Positions 1 through 14,204 of a stretch of 64,000 bases of DNA are shown here, piece by piece. The position numbers were made by a program, and so were the translations under genes. Each line of letters opens with the position of its first letter. The stretch's first letter is position 1. Source of the DNA: Geosiphon pyriformis uo1 (lineage: Eukaryota > Fungi > Glomeromycota). The notes under the pieces were generated by a model. The model was not told the DNA's origin, searched no databases, and worked only from the letters and a program-made list of their open reading frames with translations. Location of the stretch: the NCBI GenBank assembly GCA_016748015.1, contig JAAOMT010000282.1:228369-292368 (forward strand), in the 5' to 3' direction.

Positions 1-3000
1 GATGATACAAATAATTATCAAATGTTTTGGAGAATACATTAGTGTCATCTAAATAAACGACTACTGATTTCCATAATAAGCCAGTATATACTATTTTCAT
101 TAGCTGCTGGAATGTGGCTGGAGCATTTGTTAAGCCAAATGGCATCACTTTGAATTCAAAATTTTCCTCCCATGTTGTAAATGCAGTTTTTTTTTTGTCC
201 ACTGGATTTATGGCTACTTGTCAGTAACCACTATCTAAATCCAATATTGAGAACCATTTATTCCCTCCAAAAGCATCGAATAGCTCCTGAATTTGTGGAG
301 TTGGATAGCTGTCTCTATGAGTGACTCTATTGAGTTTTCTGTAGTCCACACAAAACCTGATCTTTCTATTTTTCTTCCAGACAAGTACCACTGGTGATGA
401 CTATAGGCTCATAGATGGCTGAATTAGCTCATTGTCAAGCATTCAGTTAATCTCTTGATGGATAATCTCATGGCTAGCTGGTAGTACTCAGTATGCTTAT
501 TGTTTGATTGGCATAGCATCTCCAGTCTTGATCTGATGTTGGATGATGTCAGTCCTGCCAAATTTGTTTTCGCTAGTAAAGATGTTATTGAAGTTGTTGA
601 GTAACATCTTGAGTTGTATACATTAGAGTGGATCCAAATTTCTCATGTTCATTTGTTACAATTGTTCTGGTTAGAGCAAATAACATTTATTTCGTCCGTA
701 GATTGTTTGTGATGTGATATCCACATATTTGCATAGCTGTGGAAAGTTTAAAATAATGCTTGGTGATTGATTTTCTAATTTAGTGCTTATGTATCCAATG
801 ATGGTTCCCTCTGGTATTGTGATGGTATCTCTTGTAGTGTTGTAAATAGAAATTTTGATATGGTTGTGGTTTTTGGCTGGTATGTAGAGATTGATGAGTT
901 CAATCTCTCTTAATTCACAAAGACTTGTTTCTGCTTCAAAAATTTGATTTTTATCTTTTACCTTTCTCTCTATAATTATTATGTACTGGTCATATAGTAG
1001 AATGGAAATTATTTGACTGGTTGAGATAATTTCTTCTTGGCCAATCATTTCTTCTTCTGCCATATTGACTGGTATATTTATTCTATCTGTGGATCCAAAT
1101 CTCTGTATTCCTCTAGCTGTTATCCCTAATTTTTTTCTTTTTCCCACTGATATTACTGAGCTACTCTAACCAGAGGCAGGAATATTGTCTGTGCTATCTT
1201 TTCATTTGGTTCTATTATATAGGTTTTTTCTGAGTCATTTTGTAATATTGTCATTATATTTCCTACATATCTGGCATCAATTATTTCTCCTCTTATATTA
1301 ATCCCTCTTTTTGCTAAACTACTTCTAGAAGCTAGTTGAAACATGGTTGTTGCTGGTATTTCCAATGCTATTTTTAGGTCAATGCAGATGCGTAAATGTG
1401 GTTCTAATTTGATGGCATCTTTCCCTGAATACCTTAAATCAAACCTGGCATTATTATCATGTGCACATTCTGACATGATCTCTTCCTTATTATTGCTGAA
1501 CCATTTCAAGATCTGCTCCTTGGTGAGATCAGAGAGTGCAATATATATTTCTGGGTTTGAATTGGAGTTCCAATTGCTATTGTTTTTATTGACATTTTGA
1601 ATAGAGCTGGAACTGGTGTTTTGTCATCGTCATTATTGTCGGAGTTTGAATTAAGATTGAAAACTGATTCTAATTCCAATGTGCAGCTGCTGATTAGTTC
1701 TTCTTCTTCTGGAATTGTGTAGATTATGGATATTGGTGGATTGTAAATGAGATCACAATCATCACAGAATTGAAAGTTACATGGAATTAAACAGTGGTTA
1801 CATAATCAGGTATTGATTTCCTCCAAACATTGCTCTTGCTCTTCTTTCGTGGGTGCTAGATTCTGATAGTGTTCATGGAATTCTTCTGGGCTGTTTTCTA
1901 AGTCAAGAAAAGCATCCAGGTTGAGAACCAAAACAATGTCTGTTGGTTTTGGAGGGTTGTTTTTGATTTCCAGAATTTCACTGGGCAAAGTGCCTTCTAT
2001 TTTGGCATTGGCCATTTGCCAGATCTTATCCTCATCATGTGGATAACCTTCTAAGCAAGAGATCGCTCAGTGCCAGACTGCTATAATGGGTGTTTTATGA
2101 CTTATTCAGTTACTGATAAGGATTATGTATTGGCACAATATGTCACATGTTCCCCCTTAACCAGAAATGTCATTCCACATCCCTTCATTGAACAGTTGTT
2201 TTCCACAAGCAAGACATGATTCATTGTTCCACTTGCCTTGTCTCTTAGGGTACTCGTAGCATTTATGGTGACATAATTTGCAATAGTAATAGGTGCGCAT
2301 TCAGTAGTCTTCATCTGGTGCAACCCAAGCTCCCATTGAAAACAACTTCTTGTTGCAGTCTTTATACTTGAGAGAAATACGTGGTGGCTCTAATTTGGTG
2401 TCAGTTAAGTAGGATCTTCTCTAGCCACTAGTACTGGCTTTGGTGGTTTCATTGGTTTTAAGTCGGTTTTCTTCATTTTCTTTCCTTTTTTTTTGATTGC
2501 TTTCTTCCCACTCCCAGATTGATGGGTCTTCTTGATCATTGTTGATTTCTCAGACTTGGTTAGTGTTCCAGGTAAGTTCTTTCTTTTCTTGGTCATTGTC
2601 ATTCCAGGCAAGTATTTGTGGCAGTTCTTTGTGGTCGACATCAGCCCATAACACTTGGTATGCTTCCCAGGTGGATTTTGGCTTCTTTTCCTTTAAGTCA
2701 ATTAGTGGGGCTGGCATGTGACTGGATTTGAAATGGCCACACATCACTGGTACTCATGTATATTGGCTGTTTTAGCTCAGTTGCAACTTTTGAGTGATCC
2801 AATTGAGGATGGCTTTTGTTTTGGTGAGCCTGTTATTACCAACTAGCACTTGGTACTGAGTGGCTTCCATGACTAGTACTTTAATTGGGATAATTATGCC
2901 ATTGACTTCTATAGAGAAGTTGTCAATTTTGCCAATAAGAGTTTTGGTTGCTCTATTGGCAATAATGATTCTTGCGCTGACAGCTCAATCAACTCAGTGA

Positions 3001-5494
3001 TTTAATTGATCTATGAGTTGTCTTGTTATAATGCTGCCAGCTGATTCACTATCTAGAATTAGTTTAATGGGGTGGCCATCAACTTTTGTATTAGTGTACA
3101 TCACCATGATGAATTTTTTCTCTAAGGCAGCTCCACTGAATAGTGGTACCATTGTGGTTTTCTCAAGTTCAAAAGAAAATATGGCAGCCAATGTTTTATT
3201 GTTGGTGATGGTGGCTGGAAGTATGTTGCTGGTAAGTACTGGTGGTCAATTGGATTCTGAGTTGTGAGAAATGGCGTCTTCTGGAATAACCAAAAGATTT
3301 AAATAGTGTTGAGAATTCAGATTTTGGAACCAGTACCCAAATTCTACTGATAAGAACCAGATTGTTGTGTTGATAAACTGGGGATCAGTTGGTAAACTAT
3401 TATTGCTGATCTCCAGTTTTGTTGTGTTATTCTCAGTCTTTGGGTTCTATTTTGAGGTAAGTTTTGTGGTGGTGTTTGAATTTGGGGTGTTTGATGGATT
3501 AACTGGAGCTGTGGCTGATAAATTGTTGGTGGCTGCAGTTGATAGATGGCCTGTGGTTGATATACTGGAGTTTGATATACTGGTGGTTGACAGATTGGCT
3601 GTTGCATCATGGGCTGATAAGTAAATTGATCTTGATTTTGATAATTATTCAGTTTGGAACCAGTAATCAGGGTTTTGATATTGATTTCCTGATCATGAAT
3701 TGCTATAAGTATGGCAATTGACTCGGATATGGCCTTGTTTACTACAGTTATGGCAAACATGTGTCTCTTGCTGCCATGGCTGATTGGAAAATGTTGGAAG
3801 ACATGACTGATTTTGGAAACAATTGGCATTTTTTTGATTACTGCATCATTGTGAAGGTTAATAGATTGGGCAATTGTCAGCTAAGTATCCTTCTAATTTC
3901 TGATTAATTGAATCACTGAATTGTTTCAATTTGGAATCTAGTTCAGATAATCTATTTATTACTAGGTTTACGGCTTGAGTATGATTGGCCTCTAACTCTG
4001 CTGACTTGAAATCTCTGGCATATGTAACTGCGTCTTAAAGGGTGTTGGAATGCAATGTGCATATATACTGCAAGATGCTACTGTACAGGCTATGGATAAA
4101 CTGGTTGAGGATTTGTGGCGCTGTAAAATAGTTAGCATCAATTGCTTAAATCTGTTAAAGATTTCTATAGAAGCATTCCAGATAAGTGGTGACTGTTTCA
4201 GTTTCCCTTTGTTTGATAATAGTAAAAGTGTTGGCCAAGCGATTAATACTATTATTATTACTGAAATATCTCAAGAACTCCAGTTTAAATTCCTGAAAAG
4301 TTTGTGGTTTGGCTGCTAAACTTTGATACTAGGAATTAGCAGTATCCTGGAGAAAGTATGGAATTGCTTAGAGGGCTTTTTGGTCATCCCAGTTATTCAC
4401 TATGATTGTTTTGATGATGTCATTGATCCATGCCTAGGCATCATCCTCTTCACTGGTGAACTTCTCAAGTCTCGCAATTAGTGCAAATGCCATGGGTTGT
4501 TGTTGTTGCTGTAGAGATAGTACTGGAGGCTGTTTAATTGGCTGTTGTGGATGTTAAATTGGTTGCTAAAGTGGCTGTTGTTGAATTGGTTCAATAATCA
4601 GTTCAATTGGTGGCTGATTGATAATGATTTCTGAAGGTAAGTTTTGCTAATTGATTGTTTCAGGGTTTCGATTATCCTGAGTTGACAGTGTCTGAATATT
4701 CGGAGTTTCGATTTCTGGGTTTTCTGGATTTAGATTTGGCTGGGTTTGAGAATTTGGAGTTTCAAATTCTGAGTTTTCAGTGATTGGGTTCTGATAAGTG
4801 AATTCTTGATCCTCGGATTCTTTTTCTTTTTCCTCTTCTTGTTCTCCTTCCAATTCAGTGATTTCCCATGAACTCGCTGTTCAGAAATCTGGTTGAGGTG
4901 GTGGGGATCAAAATCCTGATGGCATTGGTAATCTAGATTTAAATTTTTCAAAATATTTGCCATATGGTCCTAATAGATCCTCTTTCCTTTGTTTACTTTG
5001 AAATGGAAACTTTCTAAATGCTAATGTTGCAGTTGCTGTGAATGCACCTATTGATGTTATATTGATGGCGCTTCTAGGTATATAATAGTATGAGGGGTTG
5101 GTTGGTAGTTCAACTCTTGTTTTCTTTTAAGTGGGTGGTTGTATTTTTTGGGGTATTACTGCAGTTTTTCTTTACCTTTATTTGCATAAGTAATTAGGTA
5201 TCTTTGCTGTGTGTAATATTCAATTTCTTTGTTAATCTCAGTAATAATGAATGCGAAATTATAATTTGTTGGTAGGCTGGTATTTTGAATTAATTTGTTG
5301 TAAAAAGTTTCTCTTGCTGATTCAATATTTATTGATGTACCTAACAAATATGCAATTCTCTCGTTAACATAGAAATTGAAGGCTAATTCTGCTGATATGT
5401 GATTATGGTTCAACCCTAAGTGTTGGCAATAATGTTAAAATAAAGATTTCGTGAATCCTAGATGGTTTGCTCCTACATTTTCTGATTTTGCCAC
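1..5494 (-). pseudogene. gag-pol: gag-pol of A with dUTPase (about 1100-1480), many stops and some frameshifts
   Basis: ORF fragments 5156-5413, 2994-3191, 1153-1509 and 671-1147 are collinear with those of B, C and F. Confidence 0.9.
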
Positions 5495-5537
5495 TTTTGG
5501 ATGAGATTGTTGGTGCTGGTTCTCTGTAGGATTATAT

Positions 5538-5553
5538 CTCACAAGAAGCACCA
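5538..5553 (-). promoter_or_regulatory. Primer-binding site of A (TGGTGCTTCTTGTGAG)
   Basis: Starts with TGG 2 nt inside the LTR end; same motif in C and F. Confidence 0.85.
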
Positions 5554-5555
5554 AA

Positions 5556-6411
5556 TATTACAAATGATTATTTGGGATCTCAAGTCAAATAACAAACCCA
5601 TAACTTGGTGCTCAAAGGGAAGTTTGCATTTGATGATAATCTAAAGGTTTTGTAGTCTGAAGGTTTTGTTGGAGTCCTTTGTATAATAGACAGAGATTCA
5701 ATAGTTGTTTTATCCATAGCTTCCCAGAATTGCAATTCTGTTAATTCTTCTCTTGACATGATGACTGGCAATCCTTTGGTAAGTAATTTGTAATTCATTT
5801 TACATGCTCTACTCACTCACAGGGATCTTTTACCAGGCAATTTTTGACATCAGTAATCTAATGCTTTTAATCAATTAGTACACAACAATAAAATCAAAGA
5901 AAGAAATAAAGCAAAAATAGAAAAATAAAGAAAATAAAAAAATAAGAAAATAAGAAAATAAGCCAAGACAATGTGCAGATTAGTATTCGTCAATAGCTAT
6001 AATCAAGAGCTATTGTTCCAGTATGGTTAAGTATCAATTGCTATCAACATAGAGTGTTAATAGTGAAAAGTAAATATGGATGGTAAATAATTTATTTATT
6101 CAATATTTTGTAAAGGAGAGATTTCTAACTAAAGAATTCGGTTTTTTCTACTTTTAATGCTACTGTTATATATACATAATTAATGTTCTACAAGATTGCT
6201 TACATTTCCGAGCAATGTGCTATGATTTCTTAAGCAATGCTCACATTGCTGAGTGATGTGCTCTAATTTTTTAACATTGTTCCATATTGCTGAGCAATGT
6301 GCCATGTTTTCTGATATTGCTCCATATTGCTAAGCAATGTGCTCATGTGCTCAATACTATTCTCTTATTAGTCTGCTATTTTCCATATCTATTTTCTTTT
6401 TATGAGTAACA
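5556..6411 (-). repeat. 5' LTR of element A (856 bp, U3 type I)
   Basis: Minus-strand termini TGTTACTCA...TGTAATA; homologous to B LTR 24726-25655; abuts the PBS. Confidence 0.9.
6190..6352. repeat. U3 tandem array type I (about 20-bp units with the palindrome ATTGCTNAGCAAT)
   Basis: Repeated cacattgctgag / attgctaagcaatgtgc units. Confidence 0.8.
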
Positions 6412-6438
6412 ACAGTACCAACCATAATCATCCAAACA

Positions 6439-9400
6439 GTGACAGAATCTGAAGAAATAGGAACAAACTATTTAGGATTTGCAAAATTCTTATTCCAACA
6501 CTATCACTTTTATCTCAGATTAACAAATAATAGTTGGCCAACCAAATCAGCTTTCAATTGCTACATCAATGAAAGAATAGTATATCACTTGGGAGACCAA
6601 GGAGATCCAAAATCTGCCTTTAACAACTTCTTTAGTGAATTACTCCAAAGCACCATTCTTCCACAAAATTACCTATTTGCACCCTTAATTACAAAAATAA
6701 ACAGGGAAATTGAAAAATACACCAAACAGAAATTTTCTATCACTTTTGCAGACAAAGACAAAGGAAAGCTACAAACACCAGCAGGAACACCAAAGCAAAT
6801 CTAACTACCCACTTGGAAGAAACAAAGGTTTGATTCACCTGCTAATCTATCATATCATCACACACCCAGAAGCACTATCAATATAATAAACACAGCTACA
6901 ACAAGCACGACAACACCACAAAACAGAATCTCATTTCAAAGTAAACAAAAAAAGACAAAGTTATTAGGAACATATGGCAATTATTTCAAGGGATTTAAAT
7001 CACAATTCCCAATGCTATCAGAAATTTAATCACCACCACCACAACCAGATTTTGGAGCCATTAGTTTTTGGGAAATAACCAACTCTGAAGAAAAAGAGAG
7101 TAGCAATTGGGAAGTTAATAAGCAAAACCCGATCCTAGAACATTCAGAAATTAAAACTCCAGTTAATCAAACTTCGGAAAATCAGAATAATCAAAACCCC
7201 AATGTAATTAATCAGCACTTACCTCCAGTAATTGTGATCAATCTACCACCAGCTCCACCAAACGCCCAATAGCAACAACAGTCATAACTGCTACCTCAAC
7301 AACAAATTCAGCAGCAACCACAACCCAACTTAGATCCAATGACATATGTACCAATAGCCAAACTCAAAAAATTCACCGGCAAAGAGGACAATGCCCAAAT
7401 ATGGCTAAATAATGTGGAGAAAATCATTGCTGCTAATGGATGGAATGATGCCAGAGCCATGCAAACCATTCCATATTTTCTCTAGAATACTGCCAATTTA
7501 TGGTACCAAAGTCTGGTCAACAAACCCCAAGATTTTAATGCATTCAAAACTGAGTTTTTAAAATACTTTAGTAACAATAACAGCATTAATAGACTAGCAA
7601 ACACATTTACTACCATCAAACAAGGAAAAAATGAAGCAGTCACTACTTACTTAGCACACTTTCACAAGAATTTGCACCAGATTCAAGCCATCAACATCAA
7701 TTATTTCACAGTGGCCCAAATCCTAAATCAGTTTATTCGCGGATTATGCAGTAGTATTTTACAACACATATGTTCATTGTATCCTATCAATCTGCAAGCA
7801 GTCATCACAAACACCCAAGATTTTGAAGCCACTAAACTCGAAGCTAACCATGCCCAAGCCATTAATCTAGTAATAAATAGATTATCTGAATTGGATTTCA
7901 AATTGAAACAATTTAGTGATTCCATCAATCAGAAATTAAAAGAATACTTAGTTGACAATCGCACAATTTATCAACCACCACAATGATGCAATAATTCTGG
8001 AAACACAAATTGTTTCCAGAATCAGTCGCGTTCATTATTGTCAACCAATCAACAGTGGCAACAAGAAATACGTGTTTGCCACTATTGTGGTAAACAAGAA
8101 CACTTACAAATTGATTGTTGCCATCACTTAAATAATTAATGATTGGAAAATCAATATTGAAACTCTGATTGCCAGTTTCAAATTCCAAATAACCTACCAA
8201 ACTTAGAGCCATATCCTCAAAATTACATATATATGACCCAACAGCCATTTTATCATTCACTAGTATATCAAGCAGCAATTTATCAACTGACAACACTGAC
8301 AATTTATCAGCTGCAATTATAACCTATTTATCAGCTGCAGCCTCAGGTAATCTATTAGCCCCAACAAATTCAAACACCATCACAGAACTTATCTGAAAAC
8401 AGAACCTAAAGGCTGAGATTGACCCAACAAAGCTGGAGATTGTTAATAGTAGTTCACCAACCAATTTCCAGTTCTTTCACACAACCAGCAGGATCTCGAC
8501 AACAGAATTCGGGCACCAAGTATGTCCAAAATCCGAATTCCCAGAACTATTTAAGTCTTTTGGTTACCACAGAAGACGCCCAACCCAATAATCTAGAGAC
8601 CAACCAACAACCAACACTTACCAGCAACATCCTGCCAGCTACCATCACTAAGAACAAATTACTGGATGCCATCTTTCTGTTTAAACTCAAAAAACCATTA
8701 ATCACGCCATTATTTAGTGGAGCCACTCTGGAAGAAAAACCTATTACAGCCATGTATACTGATGCCAAAGTTGATGGCCATTCCATCAAACTGATCCTAA
8801 ACAGTGGATCAGCTGACAGCATCATTACAAAACAGTTCATAGACTAATTAGGTCGCCAAGTTGATCGCACTGCCAGTACCAGGATCATAATCACTGATAG
8901 AGCAACAAAAACTCCCATTGGTGAGATCAACAACTTCCCTATTGAAGTCAATGGTATCATGGTCTCAATCAAAGTACTGGTCATGGAAGCCACCCAATAC
9001 TAAGCACTCATTGGGAATGATTGACTATCTAAAACCAATGCATTGCTTGATTGGAATATGCAAGAGTTTCAAATTAACCAGAATGGCTAACACACATGTG
9101 TACCAGCCATGTGTGGCCATTTCAAGACTACCAACTTGACAACTCCACTTATTGAATTCAAGAAAGAGGAGAAGAAACCCATTTGGGAAGCCTACCAAGT
9201 TTCTTGGGCTAACACTGAACACAATAAGCTGCCGCCAATACTTTTGTGGGACAACAACAGCAAAGAAAAACAGAGTGAAAAACTTATCTGAAAAGCTAAC
9301 CAAGCCTGGAAAACTGACAATGACCAGGAAGAACAAATAAATTGGGAATAGAAAAAAGACAAAAAGAGAAAAGGAAAAAAGAAAGAAGAAAAACCAACAA

Positions 9401-12400
9401 CTGACAGCAACTCTACTTATAATTCTTATACTACACTCCACTGATCCACTTATTACCACCCAAAACTGGTATGCATCAATTGCAGCAAGAAATTGTTGTC
9501 AATAGATGCTTATTGTGACAACAATAAAGAGTACACTTCAGCAACAAAATTCTACTGCTGCCCATGCATTATTGAACACTTTGGAAGGCCAAAACAAATT
9601 GGGAAATAGAACAATGAACTATGTTTGGTTTGTGGAAAAACTCTTCTAAACAAAGGAATATGGAATGACATTCCTGAGCAAAGAAGAATGTGCAATGAAT
9701 TGTGTCAATACACAATTCTTATAAGCAACTGGGTGAGGAAAGGAATGCCCATAGACATTGCCTGGAGACAAGCTGTCAAACATTTGGATGGATGTCCACA
9801 CAATGATGACAAAATCTGACAAATGACACTTGCCAAAATTGAAAGAGCAACACCAGAAGAGATAAAAACAATTAAAAATAATCCACCTGAACCTATAGAA
9901 CTTGACTGAAACCCAGAACCAGTCATAAATCTCCTAGATCCAGAACAATTCCACAAACATTATTAAGAGCTAGCATCTACGAAAGAAGAACAAGAGCAAT
10001 GCTTGGAAGAAATCAATACTCAACTATGTGACCACTGTTTGATCCCATGTGACTTTCAATATTGTAATGAATGTGACCTCATTTACAATCCACCACCACA
10101 CATGATCTACACAATCCCAGAGGAAAAAAAACCAATCAGCAACTGTGCATCAGAATCAGAATCAATTTTCAATCCTGATTCAAACTCTGACAACAACAAT
10201 GATAAAAATAACAGTTCCAGCTCTGCTTAAAATGGCAATGAAAATATCAGTGATTCAGACTCCAATTCAAACCCTAAAATATATATTGCACTTCCTAATC
10301 TATCTAAAGAGCAGAAACTCAAATGGTATAGTGACAATAATGAAAGTATTATGCCAGAATGTGTGCATGATACTAATACAGAATTTAATCTGAGATATCC
10401 AGGAAAAGAAGCTATCAAATTGGAACCAAATTTGTGCACATATATTGATTTCAAAATAGCTCTGGAAATTTTAGCAACAACCATGGTTCAATTAGCATCT
10501 AGAAGTAGCCTAACAAAAAAAGAAATCAATATTAGAGAAGGAATAATTGATACAGAATATGTAGAAAATATTATTGCTATGCTACAAAATAATTCTGAAA
10601 AGGCCTATATTATAGAGCCAAATGAAAAGATAGCACAAGCAATATTCCTACCTCTGGTGAAAATAGCTCAATTAGTGTCAGTAAGAAACAAAGAAGAATT
10701 AGGAATTACTGTTAAAGAAATACAGGGATTTGGATCAATAGGTAGAATAGATATACCAGTTAATATGGCAGAGGAAGAGGTTATTGACAAAAGAGAAATT
10801 ATCTCAACTCATCAATCAATTTCTATTTCATCATATGACCAGTATATGTTATCTATAAAAAGAGAAGTAAAGAATCAGGCTCAGTTGTTTGAAGCAGAAG
10901 CCACTATTTGCGAATCAGGGGAGATTGAACTCACTAATCTCTACATATTAGCCAAAAGTCTCAAAAACATCAAAATTCCCATCTATAACACAACTGAAAG
11001 TGTTATTGAAATATCAAAGGGAACTATTATTGAATATTTGACTATTGAAGTTGAGGATCAACCACCAAATCACATTCCAGATTTTCCACAGCTTTGTAGA
11101 TATGTGAACATTATATTACAAACTATTTATGAATGAAGTGAATGTTATCTGCTCCAACCAGAACAATTGGAACAGATGAATATGGGAAATCTAGATCCAC
11201 TTCAACAGATGCAACTCAAGATGTTACTCAACAATTTTAATGACATCTTTGTTAGCAAAAATAAATTTGGCCAAACTAACATCATCTGGCATTAGATCAA
11301 GACTGGAGATGCAATGCCAATTAAACAAAGAGCATACAGAATACCACCAGCTAGCCATGAGATCATTCATCAAGAAATCAACTAAATGCTTGACAATGAA
11401 CTAATTCAGTCATCAACGAGTTCATGGTTGTTACCAGTAGTACTAGTCTGTAAGAAGAATAGAAAAATCTGTTTTTGTGTAGACTACCGGAAACTGAATG
11501 GAGTAACAAAAAGTAATAGCTATTCAACTCCAAAGATCCAAGAACTATTCAACACTTTTGGAGAAAATAAATGGTTCTCAATACTGGATTTAGATAGTGA
11601 TTACTGGCAAGTAGCTATGGATCCAGTTGATAAAGAAAAAACAGCATTCACCACAAGAAAAAAAAATTTTGAGTTTGAAGTCATGCCATTTGGCTTGATG
11701 AATGCTTTAGCAACATTCCAACAGCTTATGGAAATTGTCTATACTAGATTACTATGAAAATCAATAGTTGTATACTTGGATAATACTAATGTGTTCTCAA
11801 AAACATTTAATGATCATTTGCATCATCTCCAACAAGTCTTTGAAAGGTTAAGAAGAGCTGGATTGAAATTAAATGCAACCAAATGTTTTTTTGGAAAAAC
11901 TGGACTCAAGTTTTTGGGACATGTGGTAAGCAAAGACAGAATCAAAACAGATTCAGACAAGATCAAAGTAGTTAAGAACTTTCCAATACCAGCCAACTTG
12001 CCAGAACTAAGAGCATTTTTGGGATTTGCAGGCTACTATTGCTGTTTCATTAAGGACTTTTCTAAACTAGCTCAGCCACTTCACCATTTACAAACCAAGA
12101 ATGTGAAATATGAATAGACTGAAACTCAACAAAAAGCATTTAACACATTGAGAAAAAAGCTTATTCAAGCTCCAGTATTGATGTATCCAGATCACAACAA
12201 ACCATTCATCATTACTACTAATGTATCAAGTCAAGCATTGGAAGCAGTACTATCACAAAAAGAACCTAATAAAAGAGAGCATCCAGTAGCTTACACCAGT
12301 AAAAGTTTAAATCCAGCTGAAAAAAACTATGAAACTCCAGCACTGAAACACTTAGCAATTTATTGGGCTGTTATTAAATGGAGAGAATACTTGAGCCAAA

Positions 12401-13959
12401 AGTTTGAAATATATATGGATCACAAAAGATTAACTTCAATTCAGAAACAAAAATTTGCAGACGATTGCCATACCAGATGGAAAATAAAACTTTCACCATT
12501 CAATTATACAGTACATTATAAAAAGGGAAAAAACAATGGAAATGCCAATAAATTGTCACAAATAAATCTAAAAACATTTCAACCCAAAAATATAACAAAA
12601 GATGAACACACAAAAATACCAACAGCTCCAGCATTATATAAATACTCAATCATTCAAGGAGAAATTATCTCAAAAAGAACAAAACAACATAAAACAGCAA
12701 TTAAAATATTTTACCAGAAAAACAGAAGAAATCCAGACCAACCAACCAGAGTAATTACAGAATCAGAAAAAGAAACAATATTGTTTAACATGCATTCAGA
12801 TCCAACAACAGGATATTTTCATAAAGAAGCAACCATAGAAAGAACCAGAAAAAGATATTATTGGCTATCAATATATCCAGACATTATACAATATGTTCAA
12901 AGTTGTGATGCTTGTCAAAGAAAAGATAGAACAAAACCCAGTGAATTATTAAGACCAATCAAAATAGAACAACCATTTGATTACATTAGAATTGACTTAG
13001 TCAGACCATTAACAATTACCAGTAGAGACAACAGATATATTGCAGTAGCTATGGACTATCTTACAAAATAGCCAGAAGCAAAAGCCATTCAAAGAGCAGA
13101 TGCAGAATCCATTGCCAAATTCATCCATCAAAATTTAATATGTCAATACGGATGTCCAAAAGAACTATTATCAGGTCAAAGAACTCATTTTGTGAATAAA
13201 ACATTAACAGAATTAAGTCAGAGATTTGGGATAAAAAGACCATTATCATCACCATATCATCCACAAACCAATGGACTTGAAAGATTCAATAGAACATTGT
13301 GTGAAGCAATCACCAAAATCAGTCAAGAAAACCAAGATGAATGGGATTTGTTTATACTATCAGTATTATTTGCTTATCGAACAATAAGACAAGATACTAT
13401 ACAAGCAACACCATTTGAATTAGTATATAGTAAAACAGCAACATTACTAGTTGAGATAGAGGTCAATACATATCCAACTGAACCAATAACAGAAGCTAAT
13501 TTCCAAGAAATATTATTGAAAAAAACATATGATCTAATAGAAACTCTAGAGAACAAATGGCGAAAAGTAGCTGATAGCATACAAAAGTCACAAGAGAAAC
13601 AAAAAAAAAAACATGATAACCAATTACCAAATAAACCAGTTGAATTCAAGATTGGAGACAAAGTACTTCTATATTGTACCAAAGTGGAAAAACAATAGAG
13701 TGGAAAATTTGACTCCAAATGGGATAGACCATTTCACATAGAAAAAATTCTTGAAAATGGAGCTTATAAATTAAGATGAAACAATAAAATTTTAACCAAA
13801 GCAGCACATGGAGATTAACTGAAACCATATCACAATATAACATCATCAATTACCAGTAATATTCTACAATTGGGAGTACAAAGAATACTAGTCCAACCAG
13901 ATAAGATTTCATAAGATTTAGAACCAATCATACTCATCGAAACAAACACAACAATTTGA
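6439..13959 (+). pseudogene. gag-pol: Single-frame gag-pol of B: N-extension, capsid, CCHC (CHYCGKQEHLQIDC), protease, Cys module, dUTPase, RT (YLDN), RNase H, integrase (HHCC, DDE core, GPF-like)
   Basis: ORF-track fragments starting at 6439, 7672, 8419, 9109, 9625, 10003, 10351, 11386, 11776, 12148 and 13192 all lie in the same frame; motifs LVCKKNRKICFCVDYRKLN, KTAFTT, VMPFGL, YHPQTNG. Confidence 0.93.
10351..10745 (+). pseudogene. dut: dUTPase domain of B pol
   Basis: Degenerate dUTPase motifs: EFNLRYP (AGFDL), ASRSSL, GIIDTEYVENI, KIAQAIF, IQGFGS. Confidence 0.85.
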
Positions 13960-13966
13960 TATACTG

Positions 13967-14004
<38 letters not shown>

Positions 14005-14043
14005 ATATAAGGAACCAAAGTATGCAATGAAGACAACAGAAAA

Positions 14044-14204
14044 ATGGAAATTCCAAACCACATTCATCAACTTACCCAACAATTATTTCAAGCTGTAAAT
14101 CAACAACAATTAGACATGAAAATTGTTATCAATCACTAAACAATTTGCTATCAAAACACCAAGAAAAAAACAAAGGAAACACCATATTAGTAACTAAAGA
14201 ATGA
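14044..14204 (+). pseudogene. ORF3 of B, 5' half (cut by insertion of C)
   Basis: MEIPNHIHQLTQQLFQ... is homologous to the N-termini of C and F ORF3. Confidence 0.8.

Larger units (their letters stand above)
1..6411 (-). mobile_element. Ty3/Gypsy LTR retrotransposon copy A (5' part; runs off the left edge within RT), inserted into the leader of element B
   Basis: On the minus strand: LTR, PBS, gag, protease (LILDSESAGSII), Cys-rich module, dUTPase and RT with YLDD at 44-55; the sequence right of 6411 is B leader/gag. Confidence 0.93.

Noticed and set aside
6439-13959. Alternative genetic code or stop readthrough explaining the in-frame stops
   Set aside because: Stops occur at different positions in each copy and align with Gln, Arg or Trp codons in the others, i.e. 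they are mutations
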